Shown one piece after another: positions 1 through 13,500 of a stretch of DNA of 64,000 nt. The notes under the pieces are model-generated. The model did not search any database. It was given only the letters and a program-made list of their open reading frames with translations, and had not been told where the DNA came from. Source of the DNA: Phoronis australis (taxonomy: Eukaryota; Animalia; Phoronida). Made by a program: the position numbers and the translations under genes. Numbering within the stretch: position 1 is the first letter of the stretch; every line of letters begins with the position of its first letter. The DNA lies in the NCBI GenBank assembly GCA_002633005.1, contig NMRA01000564.1, positions 22,076-86,075 of the forward strand, given 5' to 3'.

Positions 1-147
1 TGACTGTTGACATTGAGGTCACTGTATGCATATGTACTGTACTGCAAGGCTGCCGAGGTCACGTGTATTTGTTATATTTATATCTAAGAAGGAAGACAGT
101 CATTTCATGTTAATGTGTTCTCGGTACACGTATGCTATCATTGAAAT

Positions 148-548
148 CATAGATTATAAACAATAGATTCGCAACTCCGACATTTTCTTCCGTACTCTCC
201 AAAATTATTTGGTTCATTTCCGGTTAGTATATTGTAACTGCAAATTCTCGCATCTATTTTACTGTCCAGAACAAAGAAAACAAAATAGCAATTTCGGCAT
301 TGAAACGCTGCTCAAAATCTTAAAATAGTAGAAATATTGGTATCGCGAGTACTTTTAGCAATGCTACTATCACCCGACCACACAACAGCCGACCAAGATT
401 GGCAGACGACGTACTGGCCAAAAATAATACCAGATAATTTGGCCAGGTGTCGCTAGTGCATAATGACGTAACGTTGTATGGAAGAGCACGTACGGATTTC
501 GTCCATTGAATGTATACGGTGTTGGCGGTCTATGTACTATAGTCTATG
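148..548. mobile_element. MITE with imperfect TIRs CATAGA(C/T)TAT..CAACTCCG
   Basis: The ends are inverted complements, and the right ~170 bp recur at 26400-26569. Confidence 0.65.
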
Positions 549-697
549 GTGAAATTGAGCATTTAAAAAGCATGTTACGCTACGTTGCCTTCCGTGGCAA
601 TGACAACATGACAATACCAGAGTATATGCATGACATGCATACGCTCATGCATTTGAACCGCAAACAAATCATAACGAATTTGCTATTTTAACAGCCC

Positions 698-1223
698 TTA
701 AAGAGGCGTGGAACGCAAAATCTCCTCAAAGTAACTTGTAGACAATTCCTGGCGAATGTCCTCGCAATGTCTAGTACAGTGCAATTTACTTTCCCTTGTG
801 AGAAAATGTCCAAAAAATGACAAAATTTTTGAGATACGCGCGACGGAAAAACTTTCCAATCTCCCTCCCAATTATGATGCATGCGCGCATGTACTCACAG
901 TCAGTTGCTTGAAGTCACTTGAGGTCAAATTTCACATACTCCATATAAGGAAAATGTGCTACGTCTATCTGTTGCCATACCAAATAAGGAGACGTGGTTC
1001 ACCTTGTGGTAGAAAATTCGACGATGTTGGGAGCAGTTGACAGTTCGTTTTTTTGAAATTTGAAGCTAAAAGAAAATATTTTGATATCAAAAGAATTTAA
1101 AGATCTTTACAAACAAACCCTAAAAATACCTAGTGAGCAGGTTGAATTCTGTTTCAGTGGCAGAGAACCGTTTTCAATATTGCAATTATTTTAAGCTGTT
1201 TATCGCGTTCCAGGCCTCTTTAA
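698..1223 (+). mobile_element. Kolobok-like MITE family K1 (TTAA|AGAGGC.TGGAACGC..GCGTTCCAGGCCTCT|TTAA)
   Basis: TTAA flanks, AG..CT termini and TIRs; further copies near 9990-10341 and 10583-11130. Confidence 0.75.
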
Positions 1224-1260
1224 TGAGTATTTACGAGTAAGCACATCCTTTCCTTGATAG

Positions 1261-1590
1261 ATGGTCCCACAAAGGTGATCTTATTTGAGGAAGCCAGTCA
1301 AAACCAGGACGCATACAAGGACACGATATTGGTGGTTGATCAGCAATTTTACAAAATTAAATGCGCGACTGACGCCGTTCATCCTGCCGCTAGTGTGGAA
1401 TGGACGTTTCCCGGAGACAAGGAAGTCGGTCAGGTGTGGAACGTTACCAATGCAAGCGGTGTACTATTCCACAAGAGCATCTCGTTTACTGCTAATTTGT
1501 TCCACAACGGGAAGACACTAACATGCGAGGCAGCAAACGTCAGAGATGTCCTGCTAAGTGTGAAGAAGAAGATGGCCATTGATGTCACAT
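1261..1590 (+). CDS. Receptor exon, Ig-like domain A
   Basis: tag|AT GGT CCC ... GTC ACA T|gttagt; KIKC..WTF..LTCEAAN Ig Cys/Trp/Cys pattern. Confidence 0.85.
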
Positions 1591-4500
1591 GTTAGTAAAT
1601 GTAAATGTGCAACGAACGCCTATGTGTACAATGTTTTCCCCACACAACTTGGCGTGAATATTGACACGCTGAAAACAACTGACAGAATTCACTTATTCTG
1701 AATTACCAGAAGCTCTGGAACAGTAGGACCAATAGACGAGTAAATAAATATTGTTTCAACTTATTCACGAACGGATTCTCACAATAATTGAATGCACTCT
1801 ATACCGTCAAATTTATTGCCAGGTGCTGGAATTGGTAAAAACTCTCAAAGGTGTTTTTCCAACATATGTAGTTCATGAAACTGAAAGTGCTGATAAAGCG
1901 CTGAATGAGTTGATAAATGTACTGTAAAAACAATTCATGTCACAGTTTAAAAATGTGACGGTTGTGTACTAGAATGTTAATTAAGGTACTATTTGTTTTG
2001 TCTTCGTAACAAACTTTTTTGCTCTAACTATAGATGGGCCTAAGTTTCTGGAGTTCATCGATCCTCAGGATAAACTTAAAAGCCACGGTACGTCAACAAT
2101 CACAGTAGTTGATGGACAAGACATCAGCGTGGAGTGTCGCACGGATGGCGTGAACCCGGGCGCCTATGTGGAGTGGACAACTACAGATCACGTGACGCAG
2201 GATGATTCAACTAGAAATGGTTCCTTGACTGCTGCGATGGTCTATTCAAGGAAAGTCCACATTCTTGCCAGACCATCGTTAAACCTCCGAACTATTAACT
2301 ACTCGTCATGGAACATTAGACATCAGCAGTTTCGCCTAGAACGTTCCTTACAGATTCGTGTTCTATGTGAGTTATTGCCATATTACGACCGTGATTTCGC
2401 TTCGCAAAAGAAAGATAGCAAAGGAAACGTCTACGAGTTCTCATGTGGCATTTTATACAACAACAGACGGTCTGGTCAGGATTGTGGCCATTTATTTAAT
2501 ATGCATGTTTACATCTCCATCCGATGAGCCGTTTTCTATTAATTAGCAAAATATTAAAGCGCAAAATACTGCTGTATCGGCCAATCACGAGCATTCTCTA
2601 TAAGCGAGCAGAATCTGAAAAGTTGTGCTATTAAAATGTAGCTTTGTCGAGATAAAAATGCAAGTCTGGTGTCATATGTTGGCTGAGGGAAAGAGATCAT
2701 ATTATGGAGATAGATTAAAAGCATCACGAGCGTTGACATGTGAATTTGCGGAGACAGCTTACGTGTACCAGGCGTAACATTGCACTCTTTCACGATATCT
2801 AGCACTGTCGAATGTTGCATAACTTGGCTTCTCATTGGTTAAAGTAATGAGACCGATTTGATAACATTCAATCTTTCCCATTCGTTGAAATCTGCGGAGC
2901 CCCTTTCAATTTACAGTTACCGAGTATGGCGACCACCTTTGACTTGATTAGTTGCATTTTATTATAACGGTTAGTAATCGAAGTAAACCGGCAAAAACAA
3001 GGGATCCTCGATACAGTGGCTTAAGCCCAAACAAGTATAGTGCATAAAGGCGTGTGCAAGTGATGGCGATGTGATAGGTATACTTCTGATCAAGGCATGC
3101 GCATTGATGCCCACACACGGAATTCCGTGTGTCGTTCATCATGTTTCCACCGGTTCATTTTTCAGTGTAGGTGGCGCTGTGTCAGAGGGTAGCATAACTT
3201 CTGCCTCCTGGCCGGAAGTTATCTGAGCGCTGCATAACTAATATCTTCTTAGAAGAATTTTGGGATTTTATGGTTTTAAGTCTGAAACATTCCGGGAGGC
3301 TCCACAGAACTGATAGCAATTCGTGCTGTTGTCGTGTGGATGTTTACCACTGGAAATTAAAATCATAAAACAATAAATGCCGATTGATACATGTATGCTC
3401 GATCATGTCAATAATTAAAACAACCAGGATAGTAATGGTGTAACGCTGTGACTCAAAGTGCTTCTCTTGGTCTTCTAACAGACTACGCACTGTTGCAGAT
3501 GGTCCCGGCAATTTGACCATTTCACACACTGGCGGGATATTGGAAAACAGAACGTTTTACGTCACTGAAGGCGAAAGATACAGTCTCACCTGTTCCACAG
3601 ATGATGTGTATCCGTCCGGAAATATATCCTGGATATATTCCATTGGAAATACAAGGGATCTTGGCATCGGTCACCTTAGCAACGGAGCACTAAATTATTC
3701 GTTGACCATCGACTTTGTTGCCAACGCTAGTCAGAATGGTCTAGAACTCAGTTGTAAGGGAGTTAATAACGAAGCGAACTCGCTGAACAAAACGGAGACA
3801 ATATTGTTGAATGTAACGTGTAAGTGATTCTTAATAACTGTATGGAACCCGAAAAGGTCTAACTTCCTGTGCAGACATTTAATATGTAAGGCATTTTAAA
3901 GCGTTCCTGCAATCAATTTTGCACTTTTTGATGTTTTAAAGACGTGTAATCTAATATTCAGTAACACAACATCTAAACTCACAACCCATTTTTAGCAAAT
4001 AATTGAGGAATTTCAAACTTTAAAGAACAATTTAATTGATGATTTTTTTGGTTTCCCGCCCCGTGATGTCATCAGTGGAAGACGTTGATCTATTTACTGT
4101 TTATATTCAATGGTGGATAGTAGGGATTTTGTAAGTTACAAAGACTTTGAGAGCAAGCATGATGAATAATATGAAGGCACGCATGGAGATGGGGGCTAAG
4201 ACAACACTCAGACCATTATGTGAAACAGACTTTGCGTGTTTGAGGCCGTACGAATTCAACCCTTCCGCCTCGGCATCTTCAGCGCGAGTGAAACCGAATC
4301 GAAGCATACAAAGTCTGCGGACAATCGTGATTTCAGAGTGGTAAATAAAGCCTTTTTGTGAATAACAATTTAATTTTCTAACCAATACAGAGTTCAGAAA
4401 TATATGTCTAGAACTGTAAGTCTAGGAAAAGTTTCACTCTGACTGTCACATACAGTTGAGAATAGCGGTCACTGATTTTATTTCTTCGAATGCAGAGTGC

Positions 4501-7500
4501 ATTTCTCAGGAGTGATCATATCCAATTATAGTGACGGTAACTGGAGTTTATTTCTGGTAAATGATACTCGTTTTTCTCTCGTCTGTTCCAAATTAATGAT
4601 AGCTTTGTATCATTGTGATTTGTTGATTATTTCGGTCCAGTGTCCCGACTCCAGCTTCTGTACCGGCTCCATTCGTGACCTCAAACTATTTGCGTGGAAT
4701 GTATATCCCATTTTCTACTATTGTGCATTGACGTATATGTGGATAGCGTGCATTCTAACAAAATTTTAAAACAAGAATAGAGTAATGACATTATAATGCA
4801 GTCACATTCATTATCTCATTCACAATTTGATGCTGAGGCCCACACTCAATATATGCCTGGCTCTGCGATCTGAGGTTCTTTTGGAAACAAAAAAACTAAA
4901 TTGTCTGTCTGATTGCTATCACTGCATCCTTCATACATGCAACTTTTCACAAAACTCATTCGAACTCAGTTTTCGAGACCACTACGATTGGTGTAGAACA
5001 ACACAATGGCGGAGACCGGATCCACTGATGACGTCACACAATTTTTTATTTTTCTTGCGTTTATTTCTTGATTAAAAGTACGCAAATTGAAAAGGAAATG
5101 CATAAGACGTATTACCAGAATTGTTCGTAACCATTATGTGAAGGATTTTATACCGTTGCCGAGAAACAGCACAATAATAATTGGGTAATTGGAATACTAG
5201 GGCTCTACATAAAGAACGGCAGCTAATCGTTTGTAATGTTAAAAATATAACGGCTCTCGAAACACTGTATTTTCAGTCGGACCGAGTGCATTGGTTCTTT
5301 CTACATCTTCCTCGAGTTGCTTTGTCGACAGTGGCATTCTGTATATTGCTGAATACACTTCCTGTAGAATCGACTGCAGTACAACGCCATCTTGTCCGCT
5401 TGTGCTGGTCAGCTGGAACAGTTCTTCCGTTGGAGTCATCAAATCCCTAGATACCTCTCCTAAGCTGACTGAAAACTCTGGCCACGTTTATTCTCGTGTG
5501 ATGGACTACCACCCACGGTCACCGATTAAAGGCGTAACTGAGTTCGAATGCTCCGCCAACAACACAGTCAGTGGTCGTCAAGTTAGGTCAACAGTGTCGG
5601 TTCAGGTTGCGTGTAAGTTGTGTAATATTTGGAACTGGAACTTGATTGCATTCGCAAACAGTGTTCTGTCAAAGAAACAAATTTGTAATTTAGTGAACTA
5701 ACAATCATTGCCGTTCTCATGAATGTACAAGAGCTATATTTTTCTTCTTTGAACCAACAATCATAGTCGTTTTCATGAATTTACAAGAGCTACATTTTTT
5801 CTTTTTAACCTTTTCGAAAGTGAAAATGGTCAAATTGTATAAAAAGTCAGCATTCATGTTACTGCACGTACGTATGATTCAATTATAAATGCTGGTGCTT
5901 GTCTGTACAATGACGTAGTAATGTAAAGCAAAGATTTTCAACAATAATACGTGTGTTATTTTATTTTAGACTGCATTAGCATAAATCATCATTTATTTAA
6001 TATGTTTAATTTAGGAGATTGTTTAACTTCCATGAGACCAGAACCTTTATAGAGATGTTTCCTTTTACACCATGTCTGCAAAACGTCCGATATGGTGGTT
6101 TATTTTTTTATTTCAGACGGGCCACGCAGCTTACAACTAAGTTCCTTAGCGGGTAATCTTCAGCAATATAACGAGTCTCAATGGGGATTTGAGGTTTTTG
6201 ACAACCAGACCTATATCTTAAAATGCCTCACCGATGCCGTCAAACCATCGCTGCTCACTTTCGACGTCACTGCCGACTTCGGTGAAGAAAAACCGATCGT
6301 CTCACTTCGGTCAGCACAGAAAAATATCTTTACGAAGGAACTTGTTTTTACGGCCACAAAAGAACATAATTTCAAGCAAGTCATTTTCCACGCAGTCAAT
6401 GGTGTCGACAGAACCATGCATGCGACTGCAGCTGTTACCATAAAAGTTATATGTGAGTCTTTATGCAATTTAAATGTGTTGCTCTTGAAGTGGCTATACC
6501 TAAGCGTTCCGTCGCTAAACAGCATCTTGAGACAACGTATTTTAATTAAACCTGTCTCAAGTTACAGTTTTGCCAGGGCTTCGAAGGTACTCGCACTTCG
6601 TTACTGTTTGTTAACAGGGTCTAACCAATAAGTACTGTACAAGGTGGCTTGCCGCGTCATAACGATTTATGAATTGAGTGCAGTGTCAGGTCTTTGCAAA
6701 ACCCAGAAGTCACCATCCAATGAGTAAGTAACAAGCGGCCAGTTCATAGGGAAATTGTCAGTCTTTTGGATGAAACTCTCCGGGACCAAGACAAAAGACG
6801 TCACACTTGTGAGATCCATGCGACAGTCGTGAGCGCGTCGCATGGTTATCGCCTATTGTTTTCCTTTGAAAGCATGAAAATTTTGAGACGTCCAGTTGAG
6901 AAAACAGATCAAGTTTGAGTCTAATACTGGAATAAAAACTTACAAAAATTAGCGACGTTGCGTCCGCATCTCACGGACTTCAGTTTGGCTTGTGACGTTA
7001 TCGTTATTCTGGCCAATTGGTGGCGTTTTGGCTAAACGGCGCGGCATTGACGTCAGTACACCATCCCATACGTGTAACAAATTGAATCGTAAACCGCCTC
7101 TTTTATTTGAAGAGGGACTCTCAATGCCCTCATGGAGAGCTTCCTTTACACCCCTTTTGAACCAGTTATCCTCTGCCGCTGAAAGTGTGATGCACAAAAA
7201 CCCTATCGATTACAATAGTACACCCTCAAAACTAAAAATAGCCATTTCTTTTAGACGGCTGTGACTTTTTATATTCTACAGTTTCAGAGCCAGTACGTTC
7301 CCGCTGTTCATTTCCAATTCCATTACGCGGTGATCAATAGAACAACACTAAGACAAAAACATAACACAAGAGGTTACAGATTGTAGTAGGGACCCCTTCA
7401 GGCTTCTCAGACACTAGGGAGGTGTCCAGACTGGCGGGACTATTTCGAATCGTTGCTAGAGCTGACCATCTCAATGAATACAACAATCTAGCACGATTCT

Positions 7501-10500
7501 GCACCGCAAACATAAACACAGCGAGAGATCAAGTGAGACAAGTGTACACTATTCAATCTTAAAAATCTTCCTATTCCGCGGTATGTCAGGTCGCGATCAG
7601 CCAATCAGATTCATCATTAGCATGCAAGCTTTCAGATGTACAAAATTATACATGTGTGTACCGTAAGTACTTGGGAATGTATTGGAATGATCTACTTATC
7701 GTGATGCCTAATTTTTGTTTTCTTTTTGAGAAGTTTATCAAAGCACTTGAAAATCCCATGAACAAAAATAGAACTCAATACACTGACCTCTACTTTTCAT
7801 AGTATTGACATTATTGTGCTTATGAGCTGAGACCTTTGTTTTCGTCAAACTTCAGACGGTCCAAGCAGAATTGCTCTCGTTCTTTCCGGTCAGAATGGAC
7901 AATTATGGAAGTTGAGACTTGGCCAAGCTTACACTTTCGTTTGCGAAGTTGACGAGGTATACCCTAACGTCGCGTTTTCGTGGTTTCCACCCGGTGTTGC
8001 TCGACGTAGATCCAAAGGCAAAGGACAGTTTGGAGGCGTATTGTACAAAAGCTATATGGAGAAGAACTTGACCAGCACCGACCATCACATTGGATGTGAA
8101 GCAAAGAACACCTATCACGAATCGTTTGCCTTAGAAGTGAACACCACAGTTTTTCATAAAGGTGAGCTGTACTTACGTGTTGGGATGGAAAATAACCTCA
8201 ATGAATCCATTAGGGGTAAATTTGCTCAGCCTGGCATAAAAACACGGCATAGGACATATACACGTAGAAAAAAGGCAAATAGCTGACTTGCGAAATAGCC
8301 GCACGCTATTTTGAAATTCACTAACCCGCCAAAGGACGTTCAAATGCCATGTAATGCGGACGGGAAGTTTCAACCTACTGGTTTAAAAGCCGGCAAATTC
8401 CACTGTTATCGGGTGAAATGTACTAATGTCTTACAAGAAAAGGCAAACCTTTGGAATTGTTCCATATACATGTCCCTCTTAAAGGAAACAACGGCGACAA
8501 AGCAAGTAGCTGCGACTGATGAAACGGTACAATTTCGATCCCAGCCGGTGTCAATAAGATAAAATAAGTCAATGAACATACAGATGTAAGCTAATCAACC
8601 AATTGGAGGGACTGACAGTGGAATGTATTGCTGTTTTAACTTAATGAACCATTACATGTATGTTGTCGTTGAATCTGTGTCCACCAAATCTGAGCCGGGA
8701 TCAACCGGAAGTCACTATCGTGCTTCCATTACCGTAGAGAGCGCCAATATGGAGAGTCTTCTATTTTAAAAGGATCATGACTCAGAACATGATGGACAAA
8801 AACCTCATTAAAGTGATAACACTAAATACAAATTCCGAGTTGCATTATCTTTCTTTTAGCTTTATTTGCATTTGGCATAATTTCTTGTACACACACTGCG
8901 TGTCGTGTTGTTGCTCTTTCCAAAGAACGCATTCACTCAATAGTTACAGCATTACCATTATTGGAGACGGCAGTTCCATCGCCGTTTTTTCACTGATAGA
9001 AAATGTCAATATCAGGAACAGAAGTAGCTCCGTGACCACGCCTCTAAAATCCAGTTAAGATACTCGCTAACTCGTGATCCTGGACAAGCAGGCATCAGAC
9101 GCGGGTGCGCTGATTACCCAGACACTGATCCGTCGGCGTGTTCGGAACTGGCATGTTTTTATGAAGCATTTTTGGCGCGTGTCTGCTGTTTTGGAACTCG
9201 GGACGTGAATTGTATTCGGTGGCTTGAACATCTACTATTCCCTTCAGTTGATGGTAGCTGGGGACTCTGGAGTGACTGGGACAATTGTACTGCATCGTGC
9301 GGGAACGGTGCCATCTACCGGCGGCGAACATGCGACAGTCCTGCACCACGTCATGGTGGGAGGATATGCGCTGGTGACAGCACACAGTCTGCCAGCTGTT
9401 CAGTGCCCACTTCATGCCTTCGTAAGACCTTATGTTTTGGTGGTGAAATGACGCTAAATATGATATTGCTTTAATAAAAACGCGTTTCAAATAGCTGATT
9501 TCTAACAATTGAAATTATTCTACAGTACGGGTGATCTCTGGATGAAATTACTATGTAAGCTAGTTTACCACAAAGTGATTTTAAATAGGCACGGAACGCA
9601 AAAGCTCGCCAAAAATGTGTTTTAAATTATAACTGACGAAAGTACCATTTCGCAAAGTCTGGTACAGAGTAATTCCCTTTCCCCTGTGAGGGAATTTCCA
9701 GAATAAAATTACAAAATTCACGATTTTTGAAAATGCTCGAAGGATAAACTCTTTACTCACCACAGAGTTTCTTATCTCCCTCTGCGTTCATAGTAATTCG
9801 AAAAACACGTGACTGATAAGACGGATATTAACAGCAGATTATCGTGCGTGATTGCACTCCGACTCTGAGGTTGACAGCACAGTATTGGGCAAGCCAATGA
9901 AGCAAACAAATTTCCAAAAAGAATTCCAAGTGTATATTAGAATATACTTGAATTCTGCAATACTTGTATAAATAATTTTAAGCAGTAAACACATCAGTTG
10001 CTTCTTAATCGGACTGGCTGCTGCTTGAATTGTTTTGTTAACATCAAAGGTCAAAAATTACACTTCCCATATAAGGGAAATGTGTTTTTGTATGTCCTGC
10101 CATTCTCAGCAAGGAGACATACTTTGCCGTTGGGAGAAAAATTGACGAAGTGGAAAGCAGTTGGCAGATCTATTTTAAATTTGAAACTAAACGAAAAATG
10201 CTTTGATATTAACAAAGATTCAAAATTTTACGAAAAAAGGTAAAAAAATGCCTGCTGAGCAGGTTAAATTCTGTTTCAGTGGCTGAGAACCACTTTGAAT
10301 ATAGCAATTTAGTCTGCTTATCGCGTTCCAGGCCTCTTTAAGAGTGTCTATACTTATCAATCAGGCAAAGATTCTTTAAAATTACTACTTCAGGTCTGAC
10401 TGACGGAAGCACTGCTCAAAACTGTCTTCGTATTAATTTTTTTAACAAATTAACTTAATATTCTAAAAGCAACAAAACACTGTTAATTAAGGATTACAGC

Positions 10501-13500
10501 CATGTTTGGTGACATGGTCTTAGGGTTTCTTCAACAATATATCAAACATGTACGTCAAAGAAGGTCTAACTGCAGCCATATTTTAAAGAGCCCTGGCACG
10601 CAATAAACATACTAAAATGCTATATTGAAAGTGGTTCTCTGCTACTGAAACAAAATTCAACCTGCTCACCTGCTATTTTTAACGTGTAGGTTTGTTCGGA
10701 AAGATTTTTAATTTTTGTGGACTTCAAAGAATTTTCTTTTATTTTCAAGTTTCAAAAAGCGATATGTCAACTGCTCGCCACTTCTTCGTTTTTTCTCCCA
10801 CAAGGCAAAGCACTTCTCCTTATTTAGTATAGCAAGACATAGATGAAGCAAATTTCCCTTATATGGGAAGTGTGGCTTTTGATTTCAAGCGACTTCAAGG
10901 AATCGACTGAACGCATGTGCGCATTTATCACAAGTCGTTGGGAGATTACAAACTCTCGTGGTAACCACAGTATTTCATTCGCGCGTATTTCAAAATTGTG
11001 AATTTTGTCATTTTTTGGACATTTCCTCCCAGGAGAAGGTGAATTACTCTCTACTAGACGTTGCAAGATCGTACTTTCTTAAGGAATTGTTTTGTGTTTT
11101 TAAAATGTCTATCGCGTGTTCAAATTAAATACGTCTGTCTGTCTCATTGGGTATACGAAGGTTATGCTTTCTCCCGTGAACAATCATGTATTTCAGAGAC
11201 ATCTCCGTTGCTCGTGGGAAGCTTGACAGCCGTCGTAATAATAGTTGGGGTTGCGATTTTGTTGATTATCGCGTGGAGACGCAAACGTAAGATACACCAC
11301 GAGAAAGCCTTGTGCGAGGCTCCAGAGATATATGCTGGCGACAGGGGCGCAGAACATACGGAACTAGAGAAAAAAGTATTGAGTTTATCCCCATCGTTGC
11401 TGCAATCCTCCAATGAAGACCTTTGTATGACTGATAGCTTGGTAAACGTTGTAGATAGGCAGTCAGACTTCGTCAAACTAGGAGGAACAGTTTTAAATGA
11501 GACAGATCTGAAGAAACTGGGGGTTGATTTGTCGGTAAATGCACTTTCAGACTTGTCTCGGAAATTGGCAGTTGAAGTTAGTTCAAGGTCTACTAAAGAG
11601 TTGGAAACAGCATCTGAAGATAAATGTTTGAAGCCTTGCAATCGAGGAAGTAAATCCAGCTTGCGACGGAAAAGCAATGACGAAGATCGCAAACCTTATG
11701 AAGGTATTTTGACGACGGCACGGGATATTTTTTCTAAACTGAAAAGTAAAATAACTCCAATCAATGCAGACAAGCCAAAGCAGTTGACAGTGGACAACGG
11801 GAAAGGGCCTAAAGTTGATTTAACGGATGTCAAGCAAATCAACGCTGCCATATTTGGAGTACTAGAACTGTTTAAGTTTATTGGTATGGACATTTCAAAT
11901 CTAAAAGCTGCAACACTTTTTGAACAAGTTGAGCTGACGGAGCCTGTGGTGACACGGTGGGCACAAACGGTTGGAATTAATCTGGAAGAGATTTCACGCG
12001 TTAACTCAGCCACCGAAACAGAAATGGAATGGATTCAAGATGCAGGTATAGAAATGCTAAAACGCGGAGGAATTGACATATCTACACAATTTGGAAGAAA
12101 ATTGGGCAAAATGCCAGCAAATGGCACGACTTTTCTCAAAAACATCGGCGTAGACCTGAGCAGGCATGCCCAAGTTAACTTGAAGGAGAACCATGGTCTC
12201 AAGATAACGCGAGAAATTGGAATAGAATTGTTGAAAATGAGAGGCTATGACGTTCGTAGAATCGCTGAATATAAATTGACTGTTGACGATTCGGCCTCAG
12301 CACAAAAGAATCTTCAAAATATGGGCTTGGATTTGAGGAAATATAGCAAACCCAGTATCAAGCCTAATGTTGACCTCCGAAAAGAGAGTATGCAGATAGC
12401 TAATGAGTTGCTGGTACAACTTCACATAGACATCTTTTCTAAACGTAAACTAAAAGTAAAAATAAATACATTTGATGAGCGCGAGCCCATTAACCAGGGA
12501 GATAAATTAATTATCAATTATCAGTCAAAAAAGGAAAGGATTTTACAGCAGTTTGGAATAGAACTCATTCAAAAAGCAGGTATTGACCTACAAAAAGCAA
12601 TTGGAAAAAGCCTTAATGAAAGCCCAACTGTCGACATCCTGACACCAGAGGGCGTTAAGGCATTGGAAGAGGTAGGCGTACAGTATGCAAAAGTGGCGAC
12701 TTGTGAACTTATATCTCAGTTCGAAATTGACCTTCTCAGGTATGCCGCTATTCAATTGTTACTGCATGCTAACGTGGATTTGGGGTCTGCAACCAAATTT
12801 TTGTTAACTGGTGGATTTCCGACCGCGGTTTTAACGCCTCTTCTCAAGTTTATGGGCATCAGCTTAAAACGCAATGCGAAGGCTTTGAAAAGGGACAAAC
12901 TCGCGAGCTCTATTACTCAGCAAGCTGGTATTGAATTACTGAAGAGGACCGGTATAGACATCACACAGTTTATTCAAACTGTATCAGAAAAGCGTCCTGA
13001 GGATACTAATAACCCAGAAGCGCGACGAGTATTGAAAGGATGTGGCTTAGATCGAATTCAACTCGATATCGAAGTGTCGAAGTCCAAACATGAAGCTATT
13101 GGATTTCTTAGGTCAACGAGCTTGCGGCTCTTACGGAAGACTGGGGTCGATTTGGATCCAAGCTCAAACAGGCTCGTAAAAATGGTAGATATTCATACAC
13201 CGTTAGGTAACGCACTTGTTAAACATTTTGGTGTAAATTTTGATGTACTTGATAAAACAGAGCGCGTTGATAAACGAATGTGGGATAATATTCGATTAGC
13301 TGCATTTGAACTCCTCAAAACTACCGGAGTAGACCTTACCAAATTGGCTGACTTGGATATTAACCTAATACACAAGATCAATATACGGCAACACGAAACA
13401 CGGCTTCAGGAAGTTGGAATTGACCTCAACAAAATGGATTTCACACGGACTACACACTTGGAAATAGACGCCATCCGACAGGCTGGGGTTGAGTTAATGA

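Noticed and set aside
4497-4769. Possible seventh Ig exon (GNWSLFLVNDTRFSLVCS)
   Set aside because: There is no phase-1 acceptor with a GP motif and no W/C pattern afterwards. It lies within a putative TIR element, and the flanking exons join without it.
11061-11196. N-terminal 45 codons of the 2761-aa ORF as a real start
   Set aside because: The ORF begins at a TTG inside an inverted MITE copy. A phase-compatible acceptor at 11196/11197 joins the TSP1 exon instead.
1261-11280. Assignment as UNC5, hemicentin or nephrin orthologue
   Set aside because: Domain count and tail do not fit: no ZU5/death, EGF or FN3 domains are visible, so no gene symbol is given.
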